From Gemmatimonadaceae bacterium (GTDB taxonomy: Bacteria > Gemmatimonadota > Gemmatimonadetes > Gemmatimonadales > Gemmatimonadaceae), in NCBI GenBank assembly GCA_051859245.1, contig JBHYGA010000005.1, forward strand, positions 224,001-288,000: a stretch of 64,000 nucleotides of DNA. The letters run 5' to 3'. Numbering within the stretch: position 1 is the first letter of the stretch; each line of letters starts with the position of its first letter. The notes under the pieces were generated by a model. The model made no database searches. It was not told the origin of the DNA and saw only the letters and a list, made by a program, of their open reading frames with translations. Below, piece by piece: positions 29,793-40,195 of the stretch. The position numbers were made by a program, and so were the translations under genes.

Positions 29793-31297
29793 CCGTCACG
29801 TTCCCCAGGTCGGATCTCGAGTGGACCGATTCTACGGCGCCTTGGCCTAGAGGGGACCTGCAGGCTGCGGCTCGCACGAACCGACGTCTGCACGCACGTC
29901 GACAACTGGCTCAGCTTGCGAGGCTGTGCCTGCTTGACGCGGCGGCGGTCGGATTCGCGCTCTTCATGATGCTTGTCATCGACCCGACAAACGGATGGGG
30001 ATCGGTCGTGCGCTCGAACGACCCGGGCGCGAGCACGTTCTCCATTGTGGCGCAGCACATCATCGCCATCTTCAGTGGGCTCTTCCTGATGAAGGCGTAC
30101 GAGGAAGGCGACGCGGCGACTGATTTTGGCCGATTGCTTTCTGGAGTCGCGCTTGGCCTGCTCGTGTTGTACTGGTCGATGCTCTGGCAGGACTGGCGCA
30201 CTCTCTTCACATCGTATCTGCCGACGGTTGCACTGTTCGCGTCCACAGTCTGGGTCGAGAGACTGATCGGCGCGCGCTCGCGTGTATTGTCGTCTCTGTC
30301 GAGCGTGTTCGAGCCGGCGCGCGGGTTGTTCGTCGGGCAAACGCAGGACATCAAATCCGCGATGCAGCGCGGCCCATTGAAGGGACGCCACGCGGTGGTT
30401 TCCGTCGCGCAGCTCGACGTATCGCGAGTGACGTCACGCGACATGTCGCACGATTTCGGTCCGCTCGACGACCTGTTGCAGTCAACAATCCACGACCACG
30501 ATGTTGATACCATCGTGCTCTGCAGCCAGTTCTCCGACGCCGAGTTGCTGCACATCCTTGGAACGTCGGAAGCGGCTGGCTGTCGGGTGATCTCCATGTC
30601 GCGCGCCTTCCGGGTGGCCAAGCACGGGCCGACGATACGCTCCTACGATCGAACACCGATCGTAGAACTGACGCAGCCGGGAATCCGCGGTCGTGACGTG
30701 GTGCTCAAGCGGGCGTTCGACCTCGTTGCGGCAACGATGCTGCTGATTATCGCGTCGCCGATCATGCTGGTCACCGCGCTCGTCGTACGGTTGACGTCGC
30801 CGGGGCCGGCGCTCTTCTGGCAGGAACGCGTCGGCTACGGTGGGAAACTGTTTCGCATCATCAAGTTTCGCACGATGTGCGTCGACGCCGAGGATCAATT
30901 GGATGCCTTGCAGCAGGAGAGCGTGTACGGGGACGAGCGGCTCTTCAAGCTCGTGCGCGACCCGCGAGTGACGCGCGTCGGACGCTTTCTGCGGCGCTCG
31001 AGCCTGGACGAGCTGCCGCAGCTGCTGAATGTGCTCGATGGTTCGATGTCGCTTGTTGGGCCCCGTCCTTCGCTGCCGCGGGAAGTGGCGAGGTACGGCG
31101 ACAGTTCGTTTCTGCGCTTCGACGTCAAACCTGGCATCACGGGGCCATGGCAGGTCAACGGTCGCAACAGCATTACGTCTTTCGATGAAGTGATCGCTCT
31201 TGAAGCCGCGTACGTCACCGGGTGGACGATCTGGCGTGACTTCGTGATCCTTGCGCGGACCGTTCCGGTGGTGCTTCGCATGGATGGCGCGTACTGA
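29789..31297 (+). CDS. Priming polyprenyl-phosphate sugar transferase (WcaJ/WbaP-like)
   Basis: [45 protein letters not shown] and KPGITG.WQVNGR. Confidence 0.92.
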   Translation: MTVTFPRSDLEWTDSTAPWPRGDLQAAARTNRRLHARRQLAQLARLCLLDAAAVGFALFMMLVIDPTNGWGSVVRSNDPGASTFSIVAQHIIAIFSGLFLMKAYEEGDAATDFGRLLSGVALGLLVLYWSMLWQDWRTLFTSYLPTVALFASTVWVERLIGARSRVLSSLSSVFEPARGLFVGQTQDIKSAMQRGPLKGRHAVVSVAQLDVSRVTSRDMSHDFGPLDDLLQSTIHDHDVDTIVLCSQFSDAELLHILGTSEAAGCRVISMSRAFRVAKHGPTIRSYDRTPIVELTQPGIRGRDVVLKRAFDLVAATMLLIIASPIMLVTALVVRLTSPGPALFWQERVGYGGKLFRIIKFRTMCVDAEDQLDALQQESVYGDERLFKLVRDPRVTRVGRFLRRSSLDELPQLLNVLDGSMSLVGPRPSLPREVARYGDSSFLRFDVKPGITGPWQVNGRNSITSFDEVIALEAAYVTGWTIWRDFVILARTVPVVLRMDGAY

Positions 31298-31298
31298 G

Positions 31299-32762
31299 AT
31301 GCTCGTGACCCCGACGATCACATCGGCTGCGGCGCGTCCCGCGATGCCGCGCGCCCCGCGACCAGACGGCGGACTTCGGGTGCCGACGTCTGCGCTCACG
31401 GCGACCGCGTTCCTGCTGATCGTTGCGGCGACGGCGTTGCCGCTGCTGCTGCACAACTCGGCCGTGTTGACCTACGCCTTTCCGGCAATGGCGACGGTAT
31501 TCGGCGCGTGGCTGCTCTTCACCGATCCCGGACGATACCTGTCGTTTGTCCTGTGGCTCTGGATGCTGGCTCCGTTCGTGCGCCGCGTTGTTGATGCGCA
31601 GAATGGGTTTAATCAGCAGAGCCCGATCCTGCTTGCACCGTTGCTGGTGTGCGGGTTGTGCGCGCTCGATGCGATCTACCACGCTCCTCGTTTGGCGCGC
31701 GTGGTGGCGCTGCCCTTCATGGTGGGATTCGTGAGTTTGCTGGCCGCTGTGCTCGTGGGCGTCTTTCTCACGCCACCGTCGCTCGTGCTGTATGCGGCAA
31801 TCACGTGGATGGCGCCGCTGCTGCTCGGCTTGCATGTGGCCATTCATCCAGAGCATCGCGACGCCTATCATCGGGCGATCTCGCGTACGCTGCTGCTGGG
31901 GATCGTGATCATGGGGCTGTACGGGGTGGCCCAATTCGTGATGCCGGCTGAGTGGGATCGCGTGTGGATGATCAACAGCCGGATGGATTCTATCGGACAG
32001 CCGATGCCATTGCGTGTGCGCGTCTTCAGCACGATGAACGCGCCGGGACCGCTCGCACAATTTCTCACGGTGTCGTTGTTGATCGTGTTGGCGTTACGCA
32101 CCAAGCTCAAGTGGCCCACGCTCGCCGCCGGGCTGCTGCTCTTGCTGATGACGTTGGCCCGTTCAGCGTGGCTGGGGTTTGCGATTGGCGTCGTGTTGCT
32201 GATTGCGCTGGCCCCCAAACCGGCTCGACGCGGCGCCATCGGACTGGTGGCCGCGGTGGTGATCGCGTTGGTGTTCGCGGCGTCTGCGCCGCTGCCAACA
32301 GAAATGGCGTCGATTCGCCACACCATCGCCTCTCGCCTCACCACGATTGGTGACTTGTCGTTGGACGACAGCTTTCGTGCCCGCCGCTATCTGATCCCTG
32401 CGGTACTGGCCGACATTGGCGAGCAGCCGCTTGGCAGTGGGCTCGGTTCCACTCTGGTGGGCGGCGCGCGCGGGCGGGCGTCGGCGCGCCTCGCCGACCA
32501 GGGACTCTATCTCGACAACGGAATCCTGGAAGTGCTTCTGGTCATGGGCTGGGTTGGCGGACTGCTCTTTCTCGGCAGTGCGGTAAGTGCCGCGTACCTC
32601 GCGTGGCGCGGGACGCGTGGCCGACCCGAGGGATATGGTTATCTCGCCGGCGCGATGGCGCTGCTCGCGCAGCTGGTAGGGGCGACGGTTTTCACCGGCG
32701 TTGGCGGCGCGATGCTTTGGCTGTCGCTGTCGATGGCGATGACGACGGAGGGTCAGACGTGA
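31299..32762 (+). CDS. Wzy polymerase / O-antigen-ligase-like membrane protein
   Basis: About 11-12 hydrophobic segments; [19 protein letters not shown] and DNG motifs; position in EPS cluster. Confidence 0.75.
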   Translation: MLVTPTITSAAARPAMPRAPRPDGGLRVPTSALTATAFLLIVAATALPLLLHNSAVLTYAFPAMATVFGAWLLFTDPGRYLSFVLWLWMLAPFVRRVVDAQNGFNQQSPILLAPLLVCGLCALDAIYHAPRLARVVALPFMVGFVSLLAAVLVGVFLTPPSLVLYAAITWMAPLLLGLHVAIHPEHRDAYHRAISRTLLLGIVIMGLYGVAQFVMPAEWDRVWMINSRMDSIGQPMPLRVRVFSTMNAPGPLAQFLTVSLLIVLALRTKLKWPTLAAGLLLLLMTLARSAWLGFAIGVVLLIALAPKPARRGAIGLVAAVVIALVFAASAPLPTEMASIRHTIASRLTTIGDLSLDDSFRARRYLIPAVLADIGEQPLGSGLGSTLVGGARGRASARLADQGLYLDNGILEVLLVMGWVGGLLFLGSAVSAAYLAWRGTRGRPEGYGYLAGAMALLAQLVGATVFTGVGGAMLWLSLSMAMTTEGQT

Positions 32763-33658
32763 CGAAGCCGTCGCTCGTATCCAACGCGCGTACGCGCGTG
32801 TCGGCCGTCATTCTCACGCGAAATGAGGAGGCGCTCATTGAGCGCTGTCTGCGCAGCCTTCGCAATGTTGTCGACGACATCATCGTAGTGGACAGCTGCA
32901 GCACCGATCGCACCCGCGAGATTGCCGCACACATGGGCGCGCGCGTGGTGCAGCAGCCGTGGCTCGGTTGGATCAGGCAACGAGCGCTCGGCATCGAACG
33001 CGCGCAACACGACTGGGTACTGATACTCGAAGCGGATGAGATCGTGACGCCTCGCCTCGCCGCGTCCATTCGTGCGGCGCTGGCGTCGCAACCCAATCCG
33101 GCAAACGGTTTTTCGGTCGATCGCCGCGACGACTTTCTCGGCGTGCTGCTGCCGAGCATGCGACGCAGGAAAAAGCGCAAAAACTTTGTCAGGCTCTTCA
33201 ACCGAACGCGAAGCGCGTACGACTCGACGCTCATCATCCACGATGAGGTCCGCGTACCTGGACATATCGCTTCGCTCGCTGGCATTCTGATTCACTGGCG
33301 CGGCTTCACGATTGTGCAACAGGTCGCACGCTACACCAACTACGCGCCGCTCGAAGCTGATGTGATGGAGGCCCGAGGCGACCGCGTGAGTGTTGTGAGT
33401 CTCGCTTGGCGACCATTCCTGCGATTTGGCTGGTGCTACGTCATTTGCGGCGGCTTTCGACTCGGCGGTCGCGGTTTTGCGCACGCCCTCATGGTTGCTT
33501 CGTCGGAGTACCTGCGATTCGCTGCAGTCTGGGAGCGCCAGCATGCGCCGGCGACCCTGCACCCGTCCGCCGACGTGGAACGCGCCTACCTGAGCGAACC
33601 GGCGCCCGCGGAACGGCTCGCCTCCACATCTGCTCCCGTCTCCCGAGGCATCGCATGA
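32759..33658 (+). CDS. Glycosyltransferase family 2
   Basis: SAVILTRNEE, VVDSCSTDRT and LEADE. Confidence 0.9.
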   Translation: MTKPSLVSNARTRVSAVILTRNEEALIERCLRSLRNVVDDIIVVDSCSTDRTREIAAHMGARVVQQPWLGWIRQRALGIERAQHDWVLILEADEIVTPRLAASIRAALASQPNPANGFSVDRRDDFLGVLLPSMRRRKKRKNFVRLFNRTRSAYDSTLIIHDEVRVPGHIASLAGILIHWRGFTIVQQVARYTNYAPLEADVMEARGDRVSVVSLAWRPFLRFGWCYVICGGFRLGGRGFAHALMVASSEYLRFAAVWERQHAPATLHPSADVERAYLSEPAPAERLASTSAPVSRGIA

Positions 33659-34848
33659 CCGTGCGAACCCTGTATCTGAATCACTCCGCCACGATGGGAG
33701 GGGCTGAGCAAGGGATGTTTGACCTCGCTTGTCTCAGACGCGACAGCACGCTCGCCGTCCTGCTCGAGGATGGTCCCTTTCGCGAGCGACTGGAACAAGC
33801 TGGTGTGCCGGTGCGCGTGATCAACGCGGGCGCCATGCATGGCGTGCGGCGAGGCAGTCGCCTGCCCAGTACCGCTGCGCTGGCAAGTGTTTGGCGCGCG
33901 GCGCGCGAAGTCGCCGAGATCTCACGCGATTTCGATGTGATGCTCGCCAACTCGCAGAAGGCGTTGATCGTAGGCGCTCTGGCTACGTACCGCACCGACA
34001 CGCCGATGCTGTGGCATCTGCACGACATCATCGCCCCGCCGTATTTCAGTCGCCTCAACATCATGGCGGACGTCATGCTCGCCAACCGGCGCGCGGAACG
34101 CGTGATCGCGGTGTCGCAAGCGACCGCCAAGGCGTTTATCGCGCAGGGCGGAGATGCTGACAAAGTGCATGTCGTCTACAACGGCACGGATGCCGCCCCA
34201 TTGGAAGCGAGTGCAGCGCGTGCGGGCCGCGTGCGCGCCGAGCTTGGACTCAGCGAGGTTCCGCTGGTTGGGTGCTTCAGCAGAATCGCCGAGTGGAAAG
34301 GACAGCACGTACTGCTCGACGCGGTGGCCGAGCTGCCGGGTGTACACGTGCTGATCGTCGGCGGACCACTGTTCAACGAACACGCGTACGAGCAACAACT
34401 ACGCGATCGTGTGCGCGCGCTCGGCATGGAAGACCGCGTGCACTTTCTCGGACATCGCGCCGACGTAGCGGAGCTGCTGCGCAACGTGGACCTCGTGGTG
34501 CATCCGTCGACTGCACCCGAACCGTTTGCCCGCACGTTGATCGAATCGATCTTCGCCGGACACGCGCCAATCGCCTCTGCGTGCGGCGGCGTTCCGGAAC
34601 TGATCGACTCCGGACGTACAGGTTTTCTTTTTCCTCCCGGTGACTCAGAGGCGTTGCGCGCGCTGCTGCGACACCTGCTCGAGCGTCCCGATGTGGTGAT
34701 GCAAGTGGCGACGCGAGCACTCGCCCACGCGTACGAACACTTCGCGCTGCCTGCCTATGCCGCCTCCATGGGGGAGCATCTGCGTGCGGTCGCAGCGTCG
34801 CGTAGCGAAAGCGCCTCTCCACGCAGGCCGCAGGAAGTACTCTCTTGA
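33655..34848 (+). CDS. Glycosyltransferase family 4
   Basis: GGAEQ, RIAEWKGQ, EPFARTLIE and GGVPELI..G.TG. Confidence 0.9.
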   Translation: MTVRTLYLNHSATMGGAEQGMFDLACLRRDSTLAVLLEDGPFRERLEQAGVPVRVINAGAMHGVRRGSRLPSTAALASVWRAAREVAEISRDFDVMLANSQKALIVGALATYRTDTPMLWHLHDIIAPPYFSRLNIMADVMLANRRAERVIAVSQATAKAFIAQGGDADKVHVVYNGTDAAPLEASAARAGRVRAELGLSEVPLVGCFSRIAEWKGQHVLLDAVAELPGVHVLIVGGPLFNEHAYEQQLRDRVRALGMEDRVHFLGHRADVAELLRNVDLVVHPSTAPEPFARTLIESIFAGHAPIASACGGVPELIDSGRTGFLFPPGDSEALRALLRHLLERPDVVMQVATRALAHAYEHFALPAYAASMGEHLRAVAASRSESASPRRPQEVLS

Positions 34849-36044
34849 GAGTCGCTCTGGTGCACGACTATTTCTTCCAGGCCGGCGGCGCCGAGCGAGT
34901 GATGGAAGTGATGCACGAGATGTTTCCTGAAGCCCCGATCTTCACCACGATCGTCAGGCGCAATACGCTGTGGCCGCGCCTGCAGCAGGCCGACATTCGC
35001 ACAAGTTTTCTGCAACCGCTCGCCAATATCGGTGTGTCCGCGCGCGCGCTGCTCCCGTTGTATCCCACCGCAATCGAGTCGCTCGATCTCACGAGCTACG
35101 ATCTGGTCATCAGCAACAGTTCGGCATTCGCGAAGGGAGCACGCGTCCGCCCCGATGCGATGCACATCTGCTATTGTCATACGCCCATGCGCTTCGCCTG
35201 GAAGCAGGAGGCGTACATGCAGCGTGAACGCTTCGGTGCCATGACGCGTTCGGCGCTGCGACCGCTGTTGGCGTACATGCGGAGGTGGGATATGAAAACC
35301 CGCCACCGACCGAATGTCTACCTTGGCAATTCATCTGCGGTGGTCGATCGCATCCGGGACACGTACGGTGTGGAATCCCACCTCATGCACCCGCCGGTTG
35401 ACGTGACGCGCTGTCGTTTTTCAACAACGCGCGACGACTTCTATCTGGTCGTTTCGCGCCTCTCACCCTACAAACGAATCGATCTCGCGGTTGAGGCCTT
35501 CAATCTGCTCGGAAAGCGGCTGATCGTGGTGGGAAGCGGCCCCGATGCGAAGTCGCTGGCACAACTGGCCGGACCGACGGTCACGCTGCGAGGGCGGCTT
35601 TCCGACGACGAAGTCACTGACCTGTACTCTCGGGCGCGCGGCTTCATTCTGCCTGGCGAAGAAGATTTTGGCATCACAACGCTCGAAGCCAGCGCGTCGG
35701 GCGCCCCAGTCATCGCCTACGCGTCCGGCGGCGCGCTCGATACGGTCATCAACGGAAAAACGGGCGTGCATTTCAAGGAGCTCACCGCCAACTCGCTCGC
35801 GGAGGCCGTGCTCCGTGTTGAATCGATCGACTGGGACCGTGAGTTACTGCGTGAGCATGCGGAGAAATTCAGCGAGGCGTCCTTCAAGATCCGCATGGCG
35901 GGAGCGATCACACGCGCCCTCGAGCGAACGCCGTACGCTAGGTATTCGCCCGCCGCGCCAGACCAAAACGCAAGAGCTGGCGCAGTCGGTCACGAAACTG
36001 CCGGACAACAGCGAGCAGCAGCAGCGGCGGAAGCGCGGCGCTGA
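34845..36044 (+). CDS. Glycosyltransferase family 4
   Basis: TTG start overlapping the previous stop; ALVHDY..GGAERV, YCHTPMR, RLSPYKRIDL and EDFGITTLEA. Confidence 0.9.
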   Translation: MRVALVHDYFFQAGGAERVMEVMHEMFPEAPIFTTIVRRNTLWPRLQQADIRTSFLQPLANIGVSARALLPLYPTAIESLDLTSYDLVISNSSAFAKGARVRPDAMHICYCHTPMRFAWKQEAYMQRERFGAMTRSALRPLLAYMRRWDMKTRHRPNVYLGNSSAVVDRIRDTYGVESHLMHPPVDVTRCRFSTTRDDFYLVVSRLSPYKRIDLAVEAFNLLGKRLIVVGSGPDAKSLAQLAGPTVTLRGRLSDDEVTDLYSRARGFILPGEEDFGITTLEASASGAPVIAYASGGALDTVINGKTGVHFKELTANSLAEAVLRVESIDWDRELLREHAEKFSEASFKIRMAGAITRALERTPYARYSPAAPDQNARAGAVGHETAGQQRAAAAAEARR

Positions 36045-37401
36045 CGATGAGCGGCGCATCCGCCAGTCGAAGCGCCAGGTACAGTGCGAGGCTGCAAGCG
36101 GTCGCGATGAACATTCGCAACACGTCATCGCTTCGCTCAGGACGTATGTCTTCCGTCGTCACCAAGCGAAGTGCGGCGATCGGTGCCACATACATGACGG
36201 CGACGGCAATGGCGAGGTCGGTCGATCCAACCGCGCGCAGCACGACGAAGCTGATCCAGCCACCCAAAAGCGCGACGCCTTGTTCTGCGATCGCAGCGGC
36301 GGCGCCGCGCGTGGCGATGGCCGCCGGTTGCATGGACGCCGACGCAACACCATACACTGCATAGGCCACGACGTACCATTGGGCGAGCGTGATCGCGTCG
36401 GTCCAGCGCGGCACGAAATGCGCGACCAACGGCAGGGCACAGATCGAAATCACTGCCATCGGCGCGGCCAATGATGCCGCGCCGACAAGGCACCGCGTGG
36501 ACAGCGTTTGCAGGCTGCGCACGTGGCCGGCAAGGCGGGCCGCCGCGGGCAGCGCTGCGTTGCGAAACCCGTCGAAGGTGACGTTGAGAACTTGCGCCAC
36601 GCGTTCGCCGAATGAATAGAGCCCCGCCACCGGAAGGCCAAACAGCGCGCCAATCAGCACCGGCGTGCCCTGCTCGCGCAGCACCTGGAACGTGGAGCCG
36701 GCAAGAAAGCCCGAGGACTCGCGCGCAATGCCGACGAGCGGGCGCAGGTTGAGCGACGGTCGCGGTCCCGGGGACCAGTAATGCAGCAGCACGTTGGCAC
36801 TGACGGTCGCGAACCCAAGCAGCACGAACACGCCGATCGAAAACTGATTGAGCAACGCGAATACTATGAGCCCAACGTTGAGGATGAGCACGTTGATGAC
36901 ATCAACAATCGCAAGTTTTTCGTAGGAGAGCGATCGCTCCAACCGCGTCTTCGCGCCGGTGCCAAAGGCCAGCGATGTCATCGTGGCGACGGTGCCGAGC
37001 ATGGCCAGGTGCCAGCGCTCGTCAATCGAACCAAAGCCAAGAATCGGGGCGGACCAAAAAGCGCCCAGCGCTACGACAAGCACGCCCACCAACAACTGCA
37101 GTCCGGCCAGTGCCGCGTACTCGGCGCGCGTCGGCTCCTGCGACCGACGGAGCATCGCCTTGCCAATGCCCAGTTCGGCGACGTACTGCAGCAGCGAGAA
37201 GGTGCCTCGCGCTACCGCCAGCAGCCCCAATTCCCTCGGCGATACCAGCGTCAGCAGTAGCAGGTTCGCGACGATACTGATGCCGCGCATCACGGCACCA
37301 CGTATCGTCATGAGCCGCGTGCCGACGCGAGCGCGTTCGAGAATGGTGTCCGAATCGAGCGCGGCGGCCACGGCGTTCGGGCGACCAGTCGTCACGTGCA
37401 T
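35938..37401 (-). CDS. Wzx-like oligosaccharide flippase
   Basis: Multiple TM helices; LVSPRELGL.A...ELGIG.AMLR, LER.L.Y..LA and GLYSFG; position in EPS cluster. Confidence 0.78.
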   Translation of the reverse strand: MHVTTGRPNAVAAALDSDTILERARVGTRLMTIRGAVMRGISIVANLLLLTLVSPRELGLLAVARGTFSLLQYVAELGIGKAMLRRSQEPTRAEYAALAGLQLLVGVLVVALGAFWSAPILGFGSIDERWHLAMLGTVATMTSLAFGTGAKTRLERSLSYEKLAIVDVINVLILNVGLIVFALLNQFSIGVFVLLGFATVSANVLLHYWSPGPRPSLNLRPLVGIARESSGFLAGSTFQVLREQGTPVLIGALFGLPVAGLYSFGERVAQVLNVTFDGFRNAALPAAARLAGHVRSLQTLSTRCLVGAASLAAPMAVISICALPLVAHFVPRWTDAITLAQWYVVAYAVYGVASASMQPAAIATRGAAAAIAEQGVALLGGWISFVVLRAVGSTDLAIAVAVMYVAPIAALRLVTTEDIRPERSDDVLRMFIATACSLALYLALRLADAPLIVSAALPPLLLLAVVRQFRDRLRQLLRFGLARRANT

Positions 37402-37527
37402 GCAGCGTCAGGATGCGAGTCGGGGCATGCCGTGACAGCCGCACGGCCAACCGTATCCTATCAGCGGGCGCGCGATTTGTTCATTGCCCGAAGGGCCTAC
37501 GTGCTATGCCGGCGGCGGGCACTGTTC

Positions 37528-39555
37528 CTAGTTGACCACTTCCAGCACCAGGGGATGGTCGGGCACGCGTACTCGGATCGTGCGCGCAGCGCGATGCGTC
37601 TCAATCGCATTAGCGCCATCGAGTGGACGGTAGATAGATACCAACGATGGGGGCACGGCGAAGTGCACGTCAACGGCACGCGCAGCGACGGTCACATTCG
37701 TTCGTGTGGTCTCATCGTAGCTGCGGCTGTTCTGCCACAGCACGAGGTAGCGTCGTCCGTCCGCTTTCTCCACAAGCAGACGGTGCACGCCCGCGGTGTC
37801 GCCTGACACGCTGAGGCGGATCGTTCGGGGTGCGAACGCTGCCGCATTACGGTCGCCAAGCAGCGCGATGAGGTTGCGAAGCGCGGTGAAGGCCGGCTTT
37901 CTGCTTCCGTCAATTCGCACCAGGCCGAAGTGAAACTCCATGTCCGAGGGATCAGTCCCCTGGTCCATGAGTTCGTAGGCAAACGAGCGCTGCACCCCGG
38001 CATTGTAGAGCTCGAGGAACTGCCGGAGCGTGTACTTGGCCTGCGCCGCTTCGCTCACCGACCAATGCCACGGATTGCTCGATATCGGAGAGGTGTGATA
38101 ACCCACCTCGGTTGCGACGAGCGGGCGATCTCCCGTAATGGCGCGCACGCCGCTCATGTGAGCGGCGAGGTTCGAACCCGGAATCTTTCCGCCATCGTAC
38201 GGGTGAATCGTCCCGGCGTCCATGAAGTTGCTCAAATCGCCGAGCTTCGCTGCCGCCGCCGTAAAGGCCATCGATGGCCCGAGCACGCGATGGCGAGTCG
38301 ACAGGCTGGGATCGCCCTTCACCAGGCTGTAGAGCGCCCGTTGCAGCGTCGCGGCTTCCTCGCCAAAGTTGCTGCGGCCGGAGAGGTCGTGTTCGTTCAA
38401 TCCTTCCCACGCCACGATGTTTTCTGCGCCGATGCGGTCACGAAGATCGCGAACGTGTGACACGTCGCCATAGTTGGTGCCCGGACCCGAGTCAGTGCGG
38501 CGTGGACTGACAATGATCGTGTACTTCGCGCCGGTCGCCGAGGCAAGCTCGCGCCAGCGACCGTACACCTCGCGCATCCAGTCCTCGTTGGGCAGCGAGG
38601 TCCCTCCGTCGCGCAGGTGGCGGATGCCGAGTTCCTGAAGCCGAGGGATAATGAAGGTTCGAAACTCAGAACCGTAGACGCGGTCGAAGTAGCTGAGATG
38701 GATGTTGACGCCGATAGAAGACACGAAGTCTTCGGCTCGGCTTGGGACCATCGATTCAAAGCGTTGGTAGACAACGCGCAACTGCGTGGTGTCTGCAAGT
38801 CGCCCGAGCGAGGCGACAACGCGGGCAGTGCCTTCGGCGCGAGGAGAAATCCAACCGCCGTCTGCGATGCTGGCGATGTTGGGGTCGAGACTTTTCCAGA
38901 TGACGGCGTCGCGAACGGGCAGGCCGAGCCCGTTGCTGTAGCGCACTGTCGCGTCGAGCCGCGTGCTGTCGCCCGGCGAGAGCGCAGAGGCGTCGCGGCT
39001 CAGCTCAAGAGCCGTTGGGTGCACGCCCGCAAAGGCGATAGTCAGCCCAACGCATACCGCTCGTCCGGCCATTGTACCGATCACCCGGGTGCGACCACGG
39101 TCCAGCGGAATGATCAGATCTCCCTCCGTGCGGGCCACGAGGCTGTCTGCCACCTGCCAGGTGACGGTAGACGCGGCTGGCTCCTTCGACGTGAGCATCG
39201 ATGCCAGACGAACGCTATCCCCGATGATGACGGTGAGTTCCATCCGGGAGTAGGCGTTCGCATTGACAGTGTCGTGTCGACGGACGGCCGGAAGCGGACA
39301 CGCGGGATTGCTGCTCGCTCGCATAACGCTGCGCGGGTCAACGAGTGCGTCAACGACGCTACCGACGCGTGTGCCAACGGCCGCCTCGACCGGTATTGGA
39401 GGCGTGATGTCTGCACAGCCGATCAACAAGCTCGCGACTACGCTCGCGCACACACTCCCGGTGCCAGATCGAAGGATACGCGCCGAACTCCGTTGCTGCA
39501 CCCGCACTTGACACCATCCGCGAAGCGTTCGGTAGCCCGACCGGCATGGCACCAT
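37528..39555 (-). CDS. Probable lipoprotein with Ig-like (Big_2) domains and a clan-A glycoside hydrolase domain; exact start uncertain
   Basis: Lipobox LIGC; W.S.DPNIASI..G Ig motif; GVNIH, LGIRHLRD, EGLNE (acid/base), HPY and ATEVGY (nucleophile). Confidence 0.72.
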   Translation of the reverse strand: MVPCRSGYRTLRGWCQVRVQQRSSARILRSGTGSVCASVVASLLIGCADITPPIPVEAAVGTRVGSVVDALVDPRSVMRASSNPACPLPAVRRHDTVNANAYSRMELTVIIGDSVRLASMLTSKEPAASTVTWQVADSLVARTEGDLIIPLDRGRTRVIGTMAGRAVCVGLTIAFAGVHPTALELSRDASALSPGDSTRLDATVRYSNGLGLPVRDAVIWKSLDPNIASIADGGWISPRAEGTARVVASLGRLADTTQLRVVYQRFESMVPSRAEDFVSSIGVNIHLSYFDRVYGSEFRTFIIPRLQELGIRHLRDGGTSLPNEDWMREVYGRWRELASATGAKYTIIVSPRRTDSGPGTNYGDVSHVRDLRDRIGAENIVAWEGLNEHDLSGRSNFGEEAATLQRALYSLVKGDPSLSTRHRVLGPSMAFTAAAAKLGDLSNFMDAGTIHPYDGGKIPGSNLAAHMSGVRAITGDRPLVATEVGYHTSPISSNPWHWSVSEAAQAKYTLRQFLELYNAGVQRSFAYELMDQGTDPSDMEFHFGLVRIDGSRKPAFTALRNLIALLGDRNAAAFAPRTIRLSVSGDTAGVHRLLVEKADGRRYLVLWQNSRSYDETTRTNVTVAARAVDVHFAVPPSLVSIYRPLDGANAIETHRAARTIRVRVPDHPLVLEVVN

Positions 39556-39815
39556 GTCGGTGCGTTAGCCTCGAGGCTTTGCGTCGCCGGCTTTCGCCGA
39601 CTTTGCGTTTGTCGCGCTCGTCTGTGCGGTCTGTCGACCGCATCATGACAGCTCACTGTTGACGAGTGTGGAGATGTGCCGTAACCGGGGGCGTGTCGCG
39701 TTGCAGGTTATGTCTCGACAGGGCATCGCGCAGCGAAGTTGGCGTCTTGGAGGGTGAACGGCGCCGCCTGCGCATGTCCAAGGCTCCTGAAACCGCCATG
39801 AGCACCTCCCCGTAC

Positions 39816-39839
39816 GCTCCTCTAGCCAGCTAGACGAGC
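39816..39839. promoter_or_regulatory. Palindromic operator, probable PadR autoregulatory site
   Basis: GCTC-c-TCTAGC-ca-GCTAGA-c-GAGC, 20 nt upstream of the padR ATG. Confidence 0.6.
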
Positions 39840-39859
39840 CACGTCCCACCCCGCCATGC

Positions 39860-40195
39860 ATGTCCCCCCGCCCGCAGTCCGACGCCCTCCGCGGCTCGCT
39901 CGACCTCCTCGTGCTCAAAACGCTCTCTCTCGAACCCATGCACGGGTGGGGAATCGGTCAGCGCGTCGAGCAAATCTCCAATGGCGCGCTCGAGGTTAAC
40001 CAAGGATCGCTGTACCCCGCGCTCCAGCGACTCGAGAAGGAAGGGCTCATTACCAGCGAGTGGCGCGCGAGCGAAAACGGCCGTCGTGCGCGCTATTACC
40101 AGCTCACCGAGTCGGGGCATCGCGCGCTGGGCACAGAGCTTGAGAACTGGCGGCGATTCACTTCAGGGCTTGAAGCGGTTCTGAGGACCACGTGA
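39860..40195 (+). CDS. PadR-family transcriptional regulator
   Basis: GSLDLLVLKTL...MHGWGI, GSLYPALQRLE and RRARYYQLT. Confidence 0.93.
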   Translation: MSPRPQSDALRGSLDLLVLKTLSLEPMHGWGIGQRVEQISNGALEVNQGSLYPALQRLEKEGLITSEWRASENGRRARYYQLTESGHRALGTELENWRRFTSGLEAVLRTT

